Counted from the stretch's first letter, positions 11,536 through 24,737 are shown. The stretch is 64,000 bases of DNA from Tubulanus polymorphus (GCF_964204645.1 NC_134029.1:7068001-7132000), one strand, 5' to 3'. The notes: generated from the sequence alone by a model not told the origin. Program-made: numbers and translations.

Positions 11536-14318
11536 ATCTAGTCAGTTCTTTTGTATTGTTAACATTTGTTTTTTTAACGATTTATCTGACATCAAAAACT
11601 AACTATTGGATATTTTTTGTTTTCTCAATAGCGTCGAATGAATGCATAAGTGACGGCACGAATGAACGAACTTCAAGAACTGAAGGATTGGGTTTCCTAA
11701 AGACAGATTGTTTTATCTTTTTTTGAGATCGCATTAACGCATGTTGAGCGCATTACCGCAAAATCTAACAAACTAAAGCGGTAAAATTTGCGTTATATAA
11801 CTGTCAAACTGGCAAACGATTCCGAAATTCTATTGATACCATCTGTTGTGTCGTGACGTCGGATGTTCTTCGGCACAATAGGATGCGCCTCTCATCTCTA
11901 ATGATAACAATATTGTCAACCCCCGGTCACACTGTGACCAGCAATAGCAAGATTAAACACTAGACGTTCACTAGTTAATGAAGCTAATTTTCGCTCGTCG
12001 TTGAAAAGCTAAAATAAGCCACGTTTCGATCGAATGTATTCCGGTTTAGAAAAAGGAATTCTGGATTGCAAACTATATCTACCGGCCGTTTACAGATTAT
12101 GCTATTTTGGAATAGGTACTGCGTATTCCATGGTCGAAACGAACAGGCCTAAAGATTCCTGGAATCGGTAAAAAACATTCGAAACCTACCTAAATCTAAT
12201 CGAACCTTGGCGAAATATGTGCTATTAAAATTTGCTGATAAACGTAGGTCTATGAATAATTATGGGACATCACTAAAACATAAGCAGTGATTGTTTCTTA
12301 TTTTCCGTATTTACCATTTTTCTCCATAAGTTTTGACACTCAAATTACAGATATCAGAGGAATAATTAGGATTTATTCGCTGTATACATCTTTGAAAACA
12401 GGTGATAAAACATAGCAGGTGTCCAGCCTCCAGGATACGGATAACCTGCCATTACATGATGCGCCATTAGTGACCCATCTGTGGTCAACACGCTCGTTAA
12501 TATACTGGCCATTGGTCATTAATCAACTCGACACTACTGAATGAAAATGAAGGTATGGAAATGTAATGGATCCGAAATGACCCGTGGTCAGCATGAATTA
12601 GCGATACCGCTTGGGAAAAGTGACCGAAACCCAACAGCATGTGTGTGGTTTGAATGATTGCCAGAGAGAAAGAGAGAGAGAGAAAGATATGAATTTCGCT
12701 CATTGATCGAACTCGAAAAATTGTTGATCACGAATCGAAATTTACACATTGTCCGCAGTGCGTGACTAACTATAAAACTGCCATATGTTCTATTTTTAGC
12801 TGCAGCGAAAACTACTAGCCTCCTCCAAAATTCATAACGATTTTGATTCACGGTAATTATAATTTATTTCTACAAGTTACTTTTGTTGAAAAAGCGACAT
12901 ACGCGAGCGTGTTTGGAATCGTGGTCCGATCCCGTAGCCGAATGTGTGGCAACTGTCCCCTGAAAAAAACTCTAGACTCGCGGGACAAACACGAAACCCA
13001 TCGACAGTTTTCTTGTCTTTTACCTTTGTTTCGTGTCTTTGAAATCTATCAAAATTTACCTGAGATTGAATCCCAATTCGTTTAACTAAATCGGTTGATT
13101 GTGGAAAGTATAGAATCTTTTCGAAAAAAAAATCTTGAGAAATAGTTTTGTGTTACAGACAGCTCAAATGAATTTAACAGAGAATAAGATCGTTAAAACA
13201 TTATGCAAAATATTGATGAATGTTTTGGCAAACAAAAAATAATCTTTCACAATAAGCAAGTACAAGCATTATCGAGAACTTCAGAAGGGAGAGGTGAATT
13301 CTAAATCGCAATAAGGAAGGTTAATCGAAAGAATCGCAATTTTTTATAAAACCTTTGATAGAATAGAAACACGAATACATACAGAATTGCGATTCGGACT
13401 GCCGGTTTTAACATCTGATGCTTGAACGATGCCATAATCTGTAGAGGAATCTGTATGTATATATGGAATCTATAAGTGCGAAGCAAAAAATTAGTATATT
13501 AAAAACTCACCGAGGCAAGTACCACAGACAGAATCGAACGCGGGATAAATCCGAGTTAGGATATAACACGCATATTCCCAGAATGGATATTCTATCGAAA
13601 TGTATTTCTATCACGACCGATTTTCGTTTGAAAAGTAAAAATTGAAAATATTCGAAGATGTTGTTTTTAGCGCTAGCACGTCCGATTGATATAGGAGCAT
13701 TTGAAGGAATGGCAGACTGTGAGGACAGGGTAATATACTAACCAGACTTGATATTATTAGGCATAACTATATCAGAGTCGTGTACAAACGAATTATAGTT
13801 ATTTAGTATTCAGTTCTCTTCTAGCCCTTAGCGCCTAATTCAGTTTGCCCGAGCTTAACTCGGCCTGATTCTATAAAACGACAAACCATTGTTCTCTCGC
13901 TACTGTTTAATTACGCGAAAGACGCCGGAGTCAAGTGGAATTTGATTAAAAACGTTCAAGTTTGCCGAAAACCTGACAAAAGCTTTCGGCAATTTCTCCA
14001 TCGATGAATTAAAATGAACAGTTTGCCGTCCGGATTGGGCGGTAGATACCAGTACACGAGCGGCTGCGCGACACGGAGGGGTGGGGTTTCCAGGCAACCG
14101 ATTCGCGTTTGGCTGCAACGGTGACGAAGATGAACTGAATACCGCCCATAACTGACAGCTATGAATCTTAAGTGTTTTGTAATTGGATGAGCGAGGGACA
14201 CTTCGGGAGGATGTCGATAATATAGAAAATTCCAACACTTCCCCGATTTGGCATAAAACCTGCAAAGTCCAGTCCAGAAGAGCTCGTCTGAATTCGACAC
14301 TTATTCAGAAATATCATT

Positions 14319-14577
14319 ATGGATTACACGTATCTGAATCACCAGGGTGGCTTCGACCCCACAAACTGCTCAATACCGGGCATGGAGCCCACCAGTCTTC
14401 AGAATTGTAGTATACCTTGCACGTACGGGGACCTGGGCCCGTGCGGTCAAGTCTCGCAGGCTGCGTATCGTTATAACACAGCGGTCAGAAGTTTCGCCAA
14501 TCCTTCGATCACGTCAGCAAGCTGTAGCATGATGCCGAGACCAAGGGATCATCATCAAGCGCCTGTCTTCCCGTCTG
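14319..14577 (+). CDS. Phox2: Paired-like homeobox protein Phox2, exon 1
   Basis: N-terminus MDYTYLN resembles the conserved Phox2 M(D/E)YSYLN start. Donor G|gtgggt at 14578 (phase 1) fits exon 2. Confidence 0.88.
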
Positions 14578-15715
14578 GTGGGTAAACCGAATTTTCTGCG
14601 TTAGTTTGTCGGCTGAAATACGATTTAGACAAACGAAAATTGTTTTACTGTTCTTTAACTTGGTTAGCGCGGCGAGCTCGGCTGCCATTACGCGCAGAAA
14701 TTGAATTATTTAATTTGAAGCTGGGAATTTTGCATAATTTTTCCACATTTACTGGAAATTCTATTTATTTAGATATAGGGTTTGATAAAATAAAGGCACA
14801 TGATAATTCGATTATTTGTTTGGCTTGCAGAGGTGTCATATTTAGCGGTCGGATTATGCGATTATCCTAGACATGAACATGCTAACTTATTTAGGGCGAT
14901 AACTTAGTCAACATGAGCCAGGCGTTTACCGGGTTAGGCAGGGTTGGTTAAATTTACTCGATTTCAGTAACGAAATTATCCGTCATTTTTAGCGCTTATT
15001 TCTGGCAAGATTTATGACGCGTTCGACGCGTTTAAAAGCGACGCTTGATTTTGTTAGTCGATCGTTTCGTAACGAATTATTATTCAATTGTTTATTGCTA
15101 AATTAAATTTGCAGCTATTTCGCTGTTAGAATAACTGATTATCCTTATTCAATAAGACTTAATCACTGCATTTATCGTCATGATAGTATTGAAGGCGCTT
15201 TTATTCACTCTTCGCCTTTATTTACGAAACCGTCACACTAAATGTCCATTTAAGGAATTTTTTTCGGATAGACTTTTCGGATAAAATTGAAATCATAGTT
15301 AGTACGTGCGCTTTATTCGGTGATTGTTAAATTTTTGCTTTTTTGCGTTTAAAAGATGTCTATGATTTTAGTAAGAACGCTATTTTCGAAGCCGCTTCTT
15401 AATTCCCGCAAATTTGTTCTACTGAAAATAAGGGGGGATTTTTCGTCACCACATTCCGTCATTTCTTTGCATTTCTTTTGAGAATTTTTAATATAAATTT
15501 TTATTTACGGCAATTCATAAAATATATTGCGAAATGCAAATTCTAGGCCCGACCCCGTCATTCACTTTTCACAACCCGTAAGGATTAACAGAAATCATTT
15601 TAATGACACTGTGGTTCCACGTTTGGTAACTAGCGAAATTTTGATATTTTCTTCCTGGAAGTTCGACATTTTGACACCGTTTACGAATTGTTCATCGATT
15701 GATGACTTTCATTTT

Positions 15716-15883
15716 GAAATAGGAGATGTCTATCACTTAATTTTACAATGTCCTGTTTTCATAGATTTAAGAATGCAAATACCGAATTTCTATGTATCAA
15801 ACATCCACACATTATGTATGCAATTGTTCACGAAAGTCAGTTAGAAAACTGGTTTTATACATCAGAAAATGTTCAAAACTTCT
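15716..15883 (+). mobile_element. Decayed non-LTR retrotransposon ORF2 C-terminal fragment in Phox2 intron 1
   Basis: EIGDVYHLILQCPVFIDLR...IP.FY...QLF and, after a frameshift, RKLVLYIRKC resemble the HxxLxCPxxxxLR C-terminal motif of RTE-X-like LINEs. Clade assignment is tentative. Confidence 0.6.
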
Positions 15884-17667
15884 ATCAGAAGGTATTATAA
15901 TTCGCAGACAGCGCAAAAATTACATTTGATTTATTTCCGTGGGTGCGCACAATCCAATATAAAGACACGCAGTAGTTGATTTAATACGCTCAACATAGCG
16001 AAAAATATTCTTTATGAAATAATTGAAAATCATCCTTGAAACGATTTAATACTGATGAATATAACTTTATGTTTATCTATGAAGAATCGATAGATATGGC
16101 GTAATGATGATTTCAATAATAATATGATAGATGCTTGTAAAAAGGTAAATTCAGATAATCTACTGTGATAATCATATCGGCTCAATCACTTGTTTAGATA
16201 TTTTCGTTTTTTTATTTCTATCTATAATATGTTATATATTGTAAAATTGTACATTTTTACCAACCCATCAGATCCTATCAGAGTATTAAGAATTCGATAT
16301 ATCCGCTTTACCGAAAGGTTTTTTAGGGGCATTGTTTTCGCTGTCTCTTGCGGTATTTTCTTTCCTCGCATCGCGGTATTTCGTGTCAGTTATTTAGGTA
16401 GATCACGAGAAGAAAAACACCGCCACTATTAGTGAGAGAGCACGCGTTATTTGTCATCCGAGGAACCACTTAATTCTTCGAGACATTTAATCGTCTTGTG
16501 AGAATCCTGTACAAATTTATTCAAGCGGAGAAATGCCCGGTCGTGTTTTTGTACCGACTCGTGGCTCGCATTGATGAACGCGCTAGTAGCACGTGCGCGA
16601 TCCGGTTAGCCCGTTGGGCGGGACAGCTTTCGTGTGCCACGTCGGCGCAATAAACGCAACCGTCATCTCGTGTCGTCTGGCACTAGTGTGTGAGAAATGA
16701 AAGTTTAATTTAGGTGCAAGCACGCGCGCGCACGCCTCAGAACGTGTTTTGACCCGAAGGCCAGAAATTGTAGATGGTATGCAGACCGTATCGTAGCCAG
16801 ATTGCTGCGACCGATGAATACTGTTTAACAATGCTGAAAACTCGGGCAGATTCCCGCAAATACGGCCATCTGCCGCCGCCTCGCACAAATATGTGCCCGA
16901 CGAAGAGAAATTGATAATCGCTATGAAAAACAAAACCATCAACGAATGGTAAAATGATGAATGTAATTTAATTTGTCCAGATGTATATGCGACCGAGGAG
17001 AACGAATCGAGAATGCATTGCCGATCGCGAGGTCCCCGATCTGTCTGCAAAAAATAGAAATAAATTCCCGCTTAATGGAAATTCTAATTCGGGAGTGCTA
17101 GTTCGAATTTTTGCAATTTCTGGTAATCATCTCATCAGGCTTATCTTTTTTATTTCTACAGTTTTGGGTGAAGCATACTATGGACAACTATCGACTGACT
17201 ATGAGAAGCCATCCAAAATATCTGGTAAGCATTTAATTTTATTCGTGGATCCCACGATCACGACCAAAGTTCTAGGGAGCATTAATACTTTCAAAAATGA
17301 AGTAGAAATCGTTCTTAATGATTGTGTGTATGGGGGTGACTTGAAAACTTCACGAACCTCACCCGTCCCTCCATCTTGAATTTTTTGGAATTCTATTGCT
17401 ATTGTACACCAATTCAGAATTGTTAATTCAATTATTACCATAATAAACATCATCTTATTACAGTGTACGTTTTAGCAATGAGCGCGTAGCTTTGGAACAC
17501 CCACATCATTGAAAGCCCGAGAGAAAAGCAATTTAATCAGAAATTATGAAAATTCTGGATATCTAATTCGAATCAATATGTCGGGTGTATCCTATATCAT
17601 CCTGTTCTATATAAGTTCACTCTTCTTGGTGGATTTACCTTATAATTAGGTATTTTGAATTAATAGA

Positions 17668-17842
17668 CAGTATAGAACTCACTTAATTCAGATTACTAGG
17701 GACTGCCCAAATTTCTTCGCTTTAAGCAAAATTCGAATTATTGATGATAGTTAACTTGGTTCCGGGTTAAATAGACCAAATATTTCATCCGAATTAAGTG
17801 GAAATCCGGATTGAAAAAATCCGAATTAAACGAGTACTACTG
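17668..17842. mobile_element. Pogo/Tigger-like MITE in Phox2 intron 1
   Basis: Termini cagtatagaactcacttaattcagatt and aatccgaattaaacgagtactactg|ta are imperfect inverted repeats with CAGT...ACTG ends. Confidence 0.55.
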
Positions 17843-17902
17843 TACTGTGGTTTTAGCGTTATGTTCAACATTTTTTCAATGTTCCCCGCTCTCTCTTTTC
17901 AG

Positions 17903-18114
17903 ACTACCTGCCGGGATTACCGTACAAGATGTACTCGCATTCTCACGATGCCAGTATCACGCCCGAAAAACGCAAACAGCGCAGAATACGCACTACTTTC
18001 ACTAGCGCGCAGTTGAAAGAATTGGAAAAAGCGTTCGCCGAGACGCATTATCCCGATATATATACGCGAGAAGAAATAGCTATGAAAATCGATCTTACAG
18101 AAGCCAGAGTTCAG
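17903..18114 (+). CDS. Phox2: Phox2 exon 2 (homeodomain helices 1-2 and start of helix 3)
   Basis: Acceptor ctctcttttcag|. Reads (D)[10 protein letters not shown]...[50 protein letters not shown], near-identical to the PHOX2A/B homeodomain. Donor CAG|gtaaat is at the canonical PRD-class Q/V intron position. Confidence 0.97.
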
Positions 18115-18806
18115 GTAAATTGAACATAACGATTAATCATGATCAACCATGTTTATTTCATCTTATATATGAAAATATTTTCGTTGAAATTCTCTGGCAA
18201 AGGTAAATGATTTTGGGGGAAAATATTGCAGATCAATCCGAAAAATATATATGATCTATAAATGATATAAAAATTACACGTATTTTCAATGACATATCTG
18301 AGAACTATTTCACGAGTTGAGTTGAACATTCCATCACATAGTATCACGACTCTGATAATGTATTCAAAACCCTTAGTCATATTTTTACATATTACATACG
18401 AAATAACGAGGCATGTTTTTGTTGGGATCATTTTATCATGATCGTTACAAGCATCATTACTACATGCCCACGGGGAGTTCACCAGTCCATAAAATACATG
18501 TCTCTCGAGTTCGGGCTATACGCAGTGAGATAATGATGCGCAGTCTCTTTGGGATGTTGTGCACCGTGCAGTCAATTTACGACCGCGCTTCGTGTGGCCG
18601 CGGTCGCTACGCACACTTAGGCTAATGAAATCGTTATGATATGAGATAATTCGACGGTCTAATCACAATAAAATGTCAAACTCTTCCCCTCCCGTTCGGC
18701 TCCTGCCGTCGAGCGTTGCAATATCTTAGATTGTCAGCAATTATATTTGTTTCCGTATTCCGTATAGACGACAGACCATTATTCGGTCGGCTGCCTGTTC
18801 GTGGAC

Positions 18807-18970
18807 TAATCAGATTAGGCGCTCTCACTAGCCGCGCACAAATGACTAACGTTCGATTCACAAGTGTAAAATTAAGAATCAATTTCCCGCCGCTCTTCGT
18901 CAGAGCAATAAAAAATACTGTCCGCATGAAATATTTATCAAGCCGCCAACTCGTTTGTTTTGATTGACAG
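18807..18970 (+). promoter_or_regulatory. Candidate intronic enhancer: P3 paired-homeodomain dimer site plus PBX-MEIS/PREP decamer
   Basis: TAATCAGATTA at 18807-18817 and TGATTGACAG at 18961-18970, both exact consensus matches. Confidence 0.45.
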
Positions 18971-19609
18971 TTTCGCATTTATGTTCAATCTAATCGTCGA
19001 CCTACACTCACCGTCGCTCATAGTGTCATCACGTTCCTACCAGTCGTGAAAATGAAGTTCACATTTTTTGGAAAGCCGGATTATTTTTACAGTTTTGAAA
19101 CTTTTCTATAGTAGGAATATATATTTCAAAACATCTATTATATCTCGTTGAGGGAAATGACAGTAAAATGGAAAGATGAAGTAACGTCATGAACTTCAGG
19201 TTAAGGGTTAAGCCCACCGCACACACGAAGGAAAACATCGAATCTGCCGCATTCCTGGCCAAAAATGCGCCGAAAAATGCGCCGGAGCTGCGGCAAGCGT
19301 GTATGCATTGTATCGTAAAACAGATTTTGACCGTGTCAAAAATACACACAAAACCACAATAATTTCTAAACTTCCCCTAATGTTCACCCCGGCCAGGCCG
19401 GTAAGATGCAACGAGTGACTGGTCACATTACATAGGTCGTAAATAGCTAGGCGTTTTGGGTCACACACGCACCCACACACCACACCCGTACAACAAACTA
19501 CATCGCAACTGATTTTACGTTTCATCGTTATGAATCAATTAGTTCTTTTTGAATCCGGGTTAAGATCGAGAGGTCAAGGTTAATGAATCGAATGAATTTT
19601 CTTTTACAG

Positions 19610-19772
19610 GTTTGGTTTCAAAATCGTCGCGCGAAGTTCCGCAAGATGGAGCGAGCGAAGCAACAACAGCAACAACAGCAACAGCCGTCGGCACAGCAAA
19701 CGGCGACAAACAGCAGCGGTAACGTCAAACAGGAACTAACTGGAAATCAAAAAGATACCAAATCCGAACAAA
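19610..19772 (+). CDS. Phox2: Phox2 exon 3 (helix 3 and poly-Q)
   Basis: Acceptor ttttcttttacag|. Reads VWFQNRRAKFRKMERAKQQQQQQQQ..., with donor A|gtaagt at 19773 (phase 1). Confidence 0.95.
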
Positions 19773-20082
19773 GTAAGTCTAATTCGCATCCAGACTCGGT
19801 TGGAACGATCGATATCGTTCGAACCCAGTGAACCCAGTATTTTTGAGACGCGCGCTTATCATAATAAAGATTGGACGTAAATAACTGGAGTACAGGGGTA
19901 TTTAACCTTAGATAAGTGATGACAGAATGTAGAAAAATTACCCGAAATCAATTCACTTTACATTAGTTTCACTTCACGTGCAGAAATATCCCACATCTAT
20001 AGACTTTCATAAATAGCAGCCAGCCAGAGATTATTAGAAAATGATGATCTTTATATGTATAATATTGGTTTTTATTTTTCAG

Positions 20083-20273
20083 ATAAATCGACAGCCGATA
20101 ATCAGAATAAGTGGAACCCACCAGCGCCGGCAAAATCTACGAATTCAGCGCCGCATCCTAATCAACCATCTTTACCGGGACCATACTCAGCCGTGTTGAC
20201 GGCACCCAATACTGACTATAACGCTAACTCTGACGCTAAACGGGAAGTGAATATGACGTCATCAATATTTTGA
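20083..20273 (+). CDS. Phox2: Phox2 exon 4 (C-terminus)
   Basis: Acceptor tttatttttcag|, phase 1. LPGPYSAVLT and the terminal MTSSIF resemble the vertebrate PHOX2B C-terminal GPFASVLS and VKSSMF. Spliced CDS is 825 nt, 274 aa. Confidence 0.88.
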
Positions 20274-22321
20274 AACTTCTACCGATTTGATCAAATTTGA
20301 CTCATGGTGGCAGGCGACCAGACTGGGTGGATTTGTTAGCCAATTTATATCACGTCTACGAACTGCACTAGCCAGTTGTAAAGTGTAAAATCCCTCATAA
20401 AACAACCGGCATTGTAAAAAGTAGTTTGCATTTGCCTGACAATAAAACTAATAGAAGAAAAACCAGAGCTATTGTTCCCGTGAATATCGAATTCGATTTC
20501 TTCGTTTCTACGAATAAAAATATCGGCTCTGACTGAAATGACGAGGGAACTATAAACGGATGTATCGCCAAACGTTTTGTTTTCACGCATTTTATGTCGA
20601 TATAAGTGAAAGATGAGATTTCTTTCAAACCCTGTTCCAAATGCAGCCACCAAAACGACAGTTCAACTCATCGACTGTAAATATATGAATGTGCGTAAAA
20701 ATGTTATGAAGATCTGTGAATATATTATATGTGTATAGGAAATGAATTCGTACAGGATTTCTAATAAAATAACGTAATACGTAACGAGCAATGAATTTGA
20801 TTTTTTATTGGTGATTTTATTTTTTTCTGTATTCTTCCATGTATTCTTCATTTGTAACAGTGAACATCACGAGGCCAAAGCGAATCGAAAAAGCTTTTTG
20901 GTCGAATTTCAATTTTTCTCGTCGCCACATAATTGGAAATGCAAACAAAAGAAAAAGAAAACTACAGCAAATGGTCTTTTCCGTCCGATTTAGCTCAGTG
21001 TTCAAGTCTAGATATCTAAAATTTCCGCTTTCGGACTACACTCACTCTGGTTTTGAAAAGTAAAAAATCTTCTTGAAGAATTCACTTCGATGATAGCTTT
21101 ATCGGTAAAAAATATGATATTCACCTACTACAAACAATTTGGTTCGAAATGATACGCAAAAAGTGCATTGACGCTGCTGCGTATTATCGCAAAATAGCAG
21201 ATATGTTTGAATCAAAAGTGCCTTGTTGACACCGAAGTTATTACAACACCTGGTGAATTCTGAGTTTATCATTATGAAAAAAAATCTGCCGATACCATTA
21301 ACAATTGATAAGCGTACGTATCTCACGACAAAACGTATATAAATGCGCGCCCCTGCATCGAAACAGCGAATATTCACGCTGAATCAGTTGTAACTGTTTT
21401 CAAGTACTACAGACATGTACAAACTAATCGCCGTTTGCGTCATCTTTGCAGGTAATAACATACTAATAAAAATATAATGTATTCGTTTCAACAAAATATT
21501 CTCATAATCTATCAGGTAAAATGTTATTGATATAATTACAATTATGTGTCCACCACTAATCATGCAGAGGAATCAAAAGAGCCTACATTTCTTGATCAGC
21601 TTTGATTAGTTTATCTTATATAATGTTTCAGGAATTTCCCTTGCTGACGGAGAAATAATCGGCAATCCCTGTTTGGTACGTATGTTGACTGTTCATATTG
21701 AGAAACCTTCATTCTGTGGTTTTGTTTCAAATTCATACCTAAAACTAGAACAGTGAACGAAAGGAAACGACCGATAAAATATTATAACAGACTGATGTAA
21801 CATTTTTTCCATAATTTCCTTTTCGAGGCTCCGTTAATCGTCACTCACGTACATGCATATCTTAACACTTGATATTGGAAAATTATTGCAGAGCAACCCT
21901 GATTTTTTTAAACCCAACACGAAATGTGAAATAATAAGGGGAGATTGCAAATGCGTGAAGATTACCTCGATTCCAGATCTATCTCCTTGCGGTAATTCGG
22001 TAAGTCCTTTTTTCAGTGATAAGTTTTTTAGTTCCAGAAAAACTATTGAAGTTGTACTAACTTTCGTGTCCTTTTCATTCAGATACACAAAAACGATCCA
22101 AATTATTCATGCCATGCGTTCATGGGGGCATGTGTTTGTAGACGCAGAAATTGATTTTTCTACAATAACAATGCGTGTTTAAAAGTTAGAAATCTTGTTA
22201 TTCTATTCGTATGTATCTTAAGGCGGGCGTAGGTCGGCTTAACATTGAATAAAATGGTTGAAATTATTCACCAATACTGTAGCAAAATGTAAAAAATGTC
22301 AAGTAGAAATAGCATTGATGT

Positions 22322-22334
22322 CCAGTAGATGGCG
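22322..22334 (+). promoter_or_regulatory. CTCF-consensus motif CCAGTAGATGGCG
   Basis: Matches CCASYAGRKGGCR exactly, about 2 kb past the Phox2 stop codon. Confidence 0.4.
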
Positions 22335-22835
22335 AATGTGTTGGATAGGAATGCGATGAATAGAAAAATTGTCCTCGGAGCAACTTCTGAACATGAACTC
22401 AACCAAGATGCATTAATGAAATTACTAAATGCCTAATTGGATTGCATGCTTCATAACGAACGGGCTTTCTACACTTATCTGGCACTTTCATTTGGTCGGA
22501 ACGCACATTCTTTGCAGAATGAAATTGCAATTTTTCCAACACAAACTCTACAAATAGGTGCACACAAAAAAGTATAGAAATCATTCAGAACCGACCGATG
22601 TTTTTTATCATTTACATAAGAACTATGGGAATGATTATCGTGCTAACACAATTTAAAACTTCAAGTTAATGAACCGAAAGTAAGACTAAAATTGCGATGG
22701 CTAAACGTGGAGCATTGATATGCATGTGGATATTTCATAACCACCCGAAACGGAAAGTTATGCACCAAAAACGTAAGCACGACGCAGGGAAACACAGCAA
22801 CACGGAAAAAGCGTGTTTCATCTCGGAAACGTTGT

Positions 22836-22966
22836 CCCTGAAACCATGTTCCTCTTTCTCCTAAATCCATACGACACAGGGAAAAGCTCAAACATGTTTC
22901 CGTCTCCTATTTCCGTGTCTCTCTGTGTCGTGTGCGTTTAGGGGAAAGTGAAGCGTGGTTTCGGGA
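22836..22966. repeat. Imperfect foldback / MITE remnant
   Basis: gaaaccatgttc...tttctcctaaa...tacgacacaggga pairs with tctctgtgtcgtg...tttaggggaaag...gaagcgtggtttc. Confidence 0.6.
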
Positions 22967-23716
22967 ATACAAGATAACCGAACACCTCCACCGATATAAC
23001 GATCTAATGGACTAATATGCAGTGTGAGAATTGCTCCTTTCAATATAAAACTATCATTTTTAACATTTCATTTCGAACGTAAGGACAATGATAGGATGTT
23101 ATTTCGGGCATTTGTTTTCGGTGTATAGGACACTATTCTCAATGTTAACGACTATTGTATGCCAGCGCGTCATTTGCGATGCCAGCGGATATTGCCCTCC
23201 TAGAGATATATTAGATGGTATTATAGAACCCGGAGGTAACGTCATAAAACATACCGCGTTCGCTATGATTAGTAGTTACTAACTCCGTAATAGCACCAGA
23301 CTAAATCAAAATTATGATTTTGCGCATGGCGCAGTCGCCAGCCGCCGATCGCCTAGCGTCTGCTTATTAATCTCTTCACTGGAAAAGTTGCCCATTTAGA
23401 AGGGAAATGCGGATGTCAAAATAACGCTCGTAAATATAGTCGTTCGTATAAATAGATAGACTACGCGCGTAAGATGTCAGGGTTGAATGAAAAGGGCAGT
23501 GGCGTTGATATAGAAAATCCCACACTTACGTATATAAACATGTAATAAAGAAATTGAGTTAGAAATATTTACTTGTACTAAAGTAATTCATTCAACAATG
23601 TTTTCACAACACGAACTGAGACTATATATTGTGTTACGCGGTTTTTCTGGCCGTGCGTCGAAACCGTAAACCATAATCACGTGACAGTGACATCACGCGC
23701 ACTCACCGCGATCGAA

Positions 23717-23873
23717 CCCGTTTCATAGAATCCCCTTATTCCCATGCCCCGTACAATAGATTTCAGGATTAAGGGTTAGGGTTAGGTTCAGCAGCCTCAT
23801 ATGACTCGACTAACTTCGTCAATCTATGGGTTGGGGCATCTGACATCAGAGGCATCTGATTCTATGACACCGG
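23717..23873. mobile_element. Small TIR element containing telomere-like GGGTTA units
   Basis: cccgtttcatagaatc and gattctatgacaccgg are 14/16 inverted repeats. Internal aagggttagggttagg near 23771-23786. Confidence 0.5.
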
Positions 23874-24161
23874 GCGTCGTGAACGAAGAAGGCAAGGATG
23901 CTAACCCATAGACCAGTGTCCGGCTTGGCCAGTTGGTTCAACGGCTTGTCGTATATGCGTTACAACGTTTTGTTTTGCAATCGAGAGCGATTTCTTCATC
24001 TTTAGCGACGTAAAACTCCTCGTAACGCGATAATTCTCGATATCACCGAGAACCTCTGGTCATTGTCAGCCGTTTTTTTGTGAAATCACTTATCAATATT
24101 GATGTGTAACATGTGTATCTGGACGGGTACGTGTAGGTACATGTCCTTATCTTGTGTGTTT

Positions 24162-24629
24162 CAATTTTCAGTAAAAGTATCCGGCCCTTTACTTTGGAAT
24201 AACATCAGTGAAAATCTAAAAACCTGGACTAAACTGTTCCTGAGAAAGTATAGAAAGCAACTTTGTGCTTGATTACATTATATAGTTATCCTCTAATTCA
24301 AACTAAAATTATACATGTAGTTATTGAAATATTACAGAAAACAACTGGGTTGTTAAATGATTACATCTTAATCAAGCTGTTATCATAGTTCACTATGTGT
24401 GCATTTTGTGTGTTAAGGGTTGACTGGGAGCATATTTTTTCTTTATTGTATTTCTCTTTTTTTTCTTCTTCACTTTTCTCTTTTGAGGGACCTGTTTTAT
24501 ATAAACTATTTCTTAGTTTCTACAGGCCCCTCCAAGTCTAATTTACTGTATTTTGTATTATGCTTTGTACACTATGCTGTAAATCATATTTGAAAAATAA
24601 AGTGTTCATTTATTCATTCATTCATTCAT
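24162..24629 (+). mobile_element. 5'-truncated CR1/L2-type LINE 3' end
   Basis: Translates QFSVKVSGPLLWNNISENLK...LFLRKYRKQL, a typical CR1/L2-type ORF2 C-terminus. It is followed by a 3'UTR with a stem-loop near 24483-24535, AATAAA near 24596 and a (TTCA)n tail. Confidence 0.75.
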
Positions 24630-24737
24630 ATGTATCTATGTATGCTACCATCTTGTCATTGTAATTGTAATTTGAATATACTGTACTCATTATATTCATT
24701 TTATATGGAGCAATAAACTAAACTGAAACTGAAACTG
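24630..24737 (+). mobile_element. Second LINE-type 3' tail ending AATAAA plus (AAACTG)n
   Basis: caataaactaaactgaaactgaaactg microsatellite tail, typical of CR1/L2-class elements. Confidence 0.55.

Noticed and set aside
16583-17379. 155-aa and 132-aa ORFs within Phox2 intron 1
   Set aside because: No protein-like motifs; chance ORFs in a CpG-rich intronic block.
21199-21224. miR-190-like string agatatgtttga and a miR-124 seed match GTGCCTT downstream of Phox2
   Set aside because: The first lacks the rest of the mature sequence and a hairpin. A single 7-mer is expected by chance, and the UTR extent is unknown.
23768-23788. Interstitial telomere
   Set aside because: Only 2-3 units, located inside a small TIR element.
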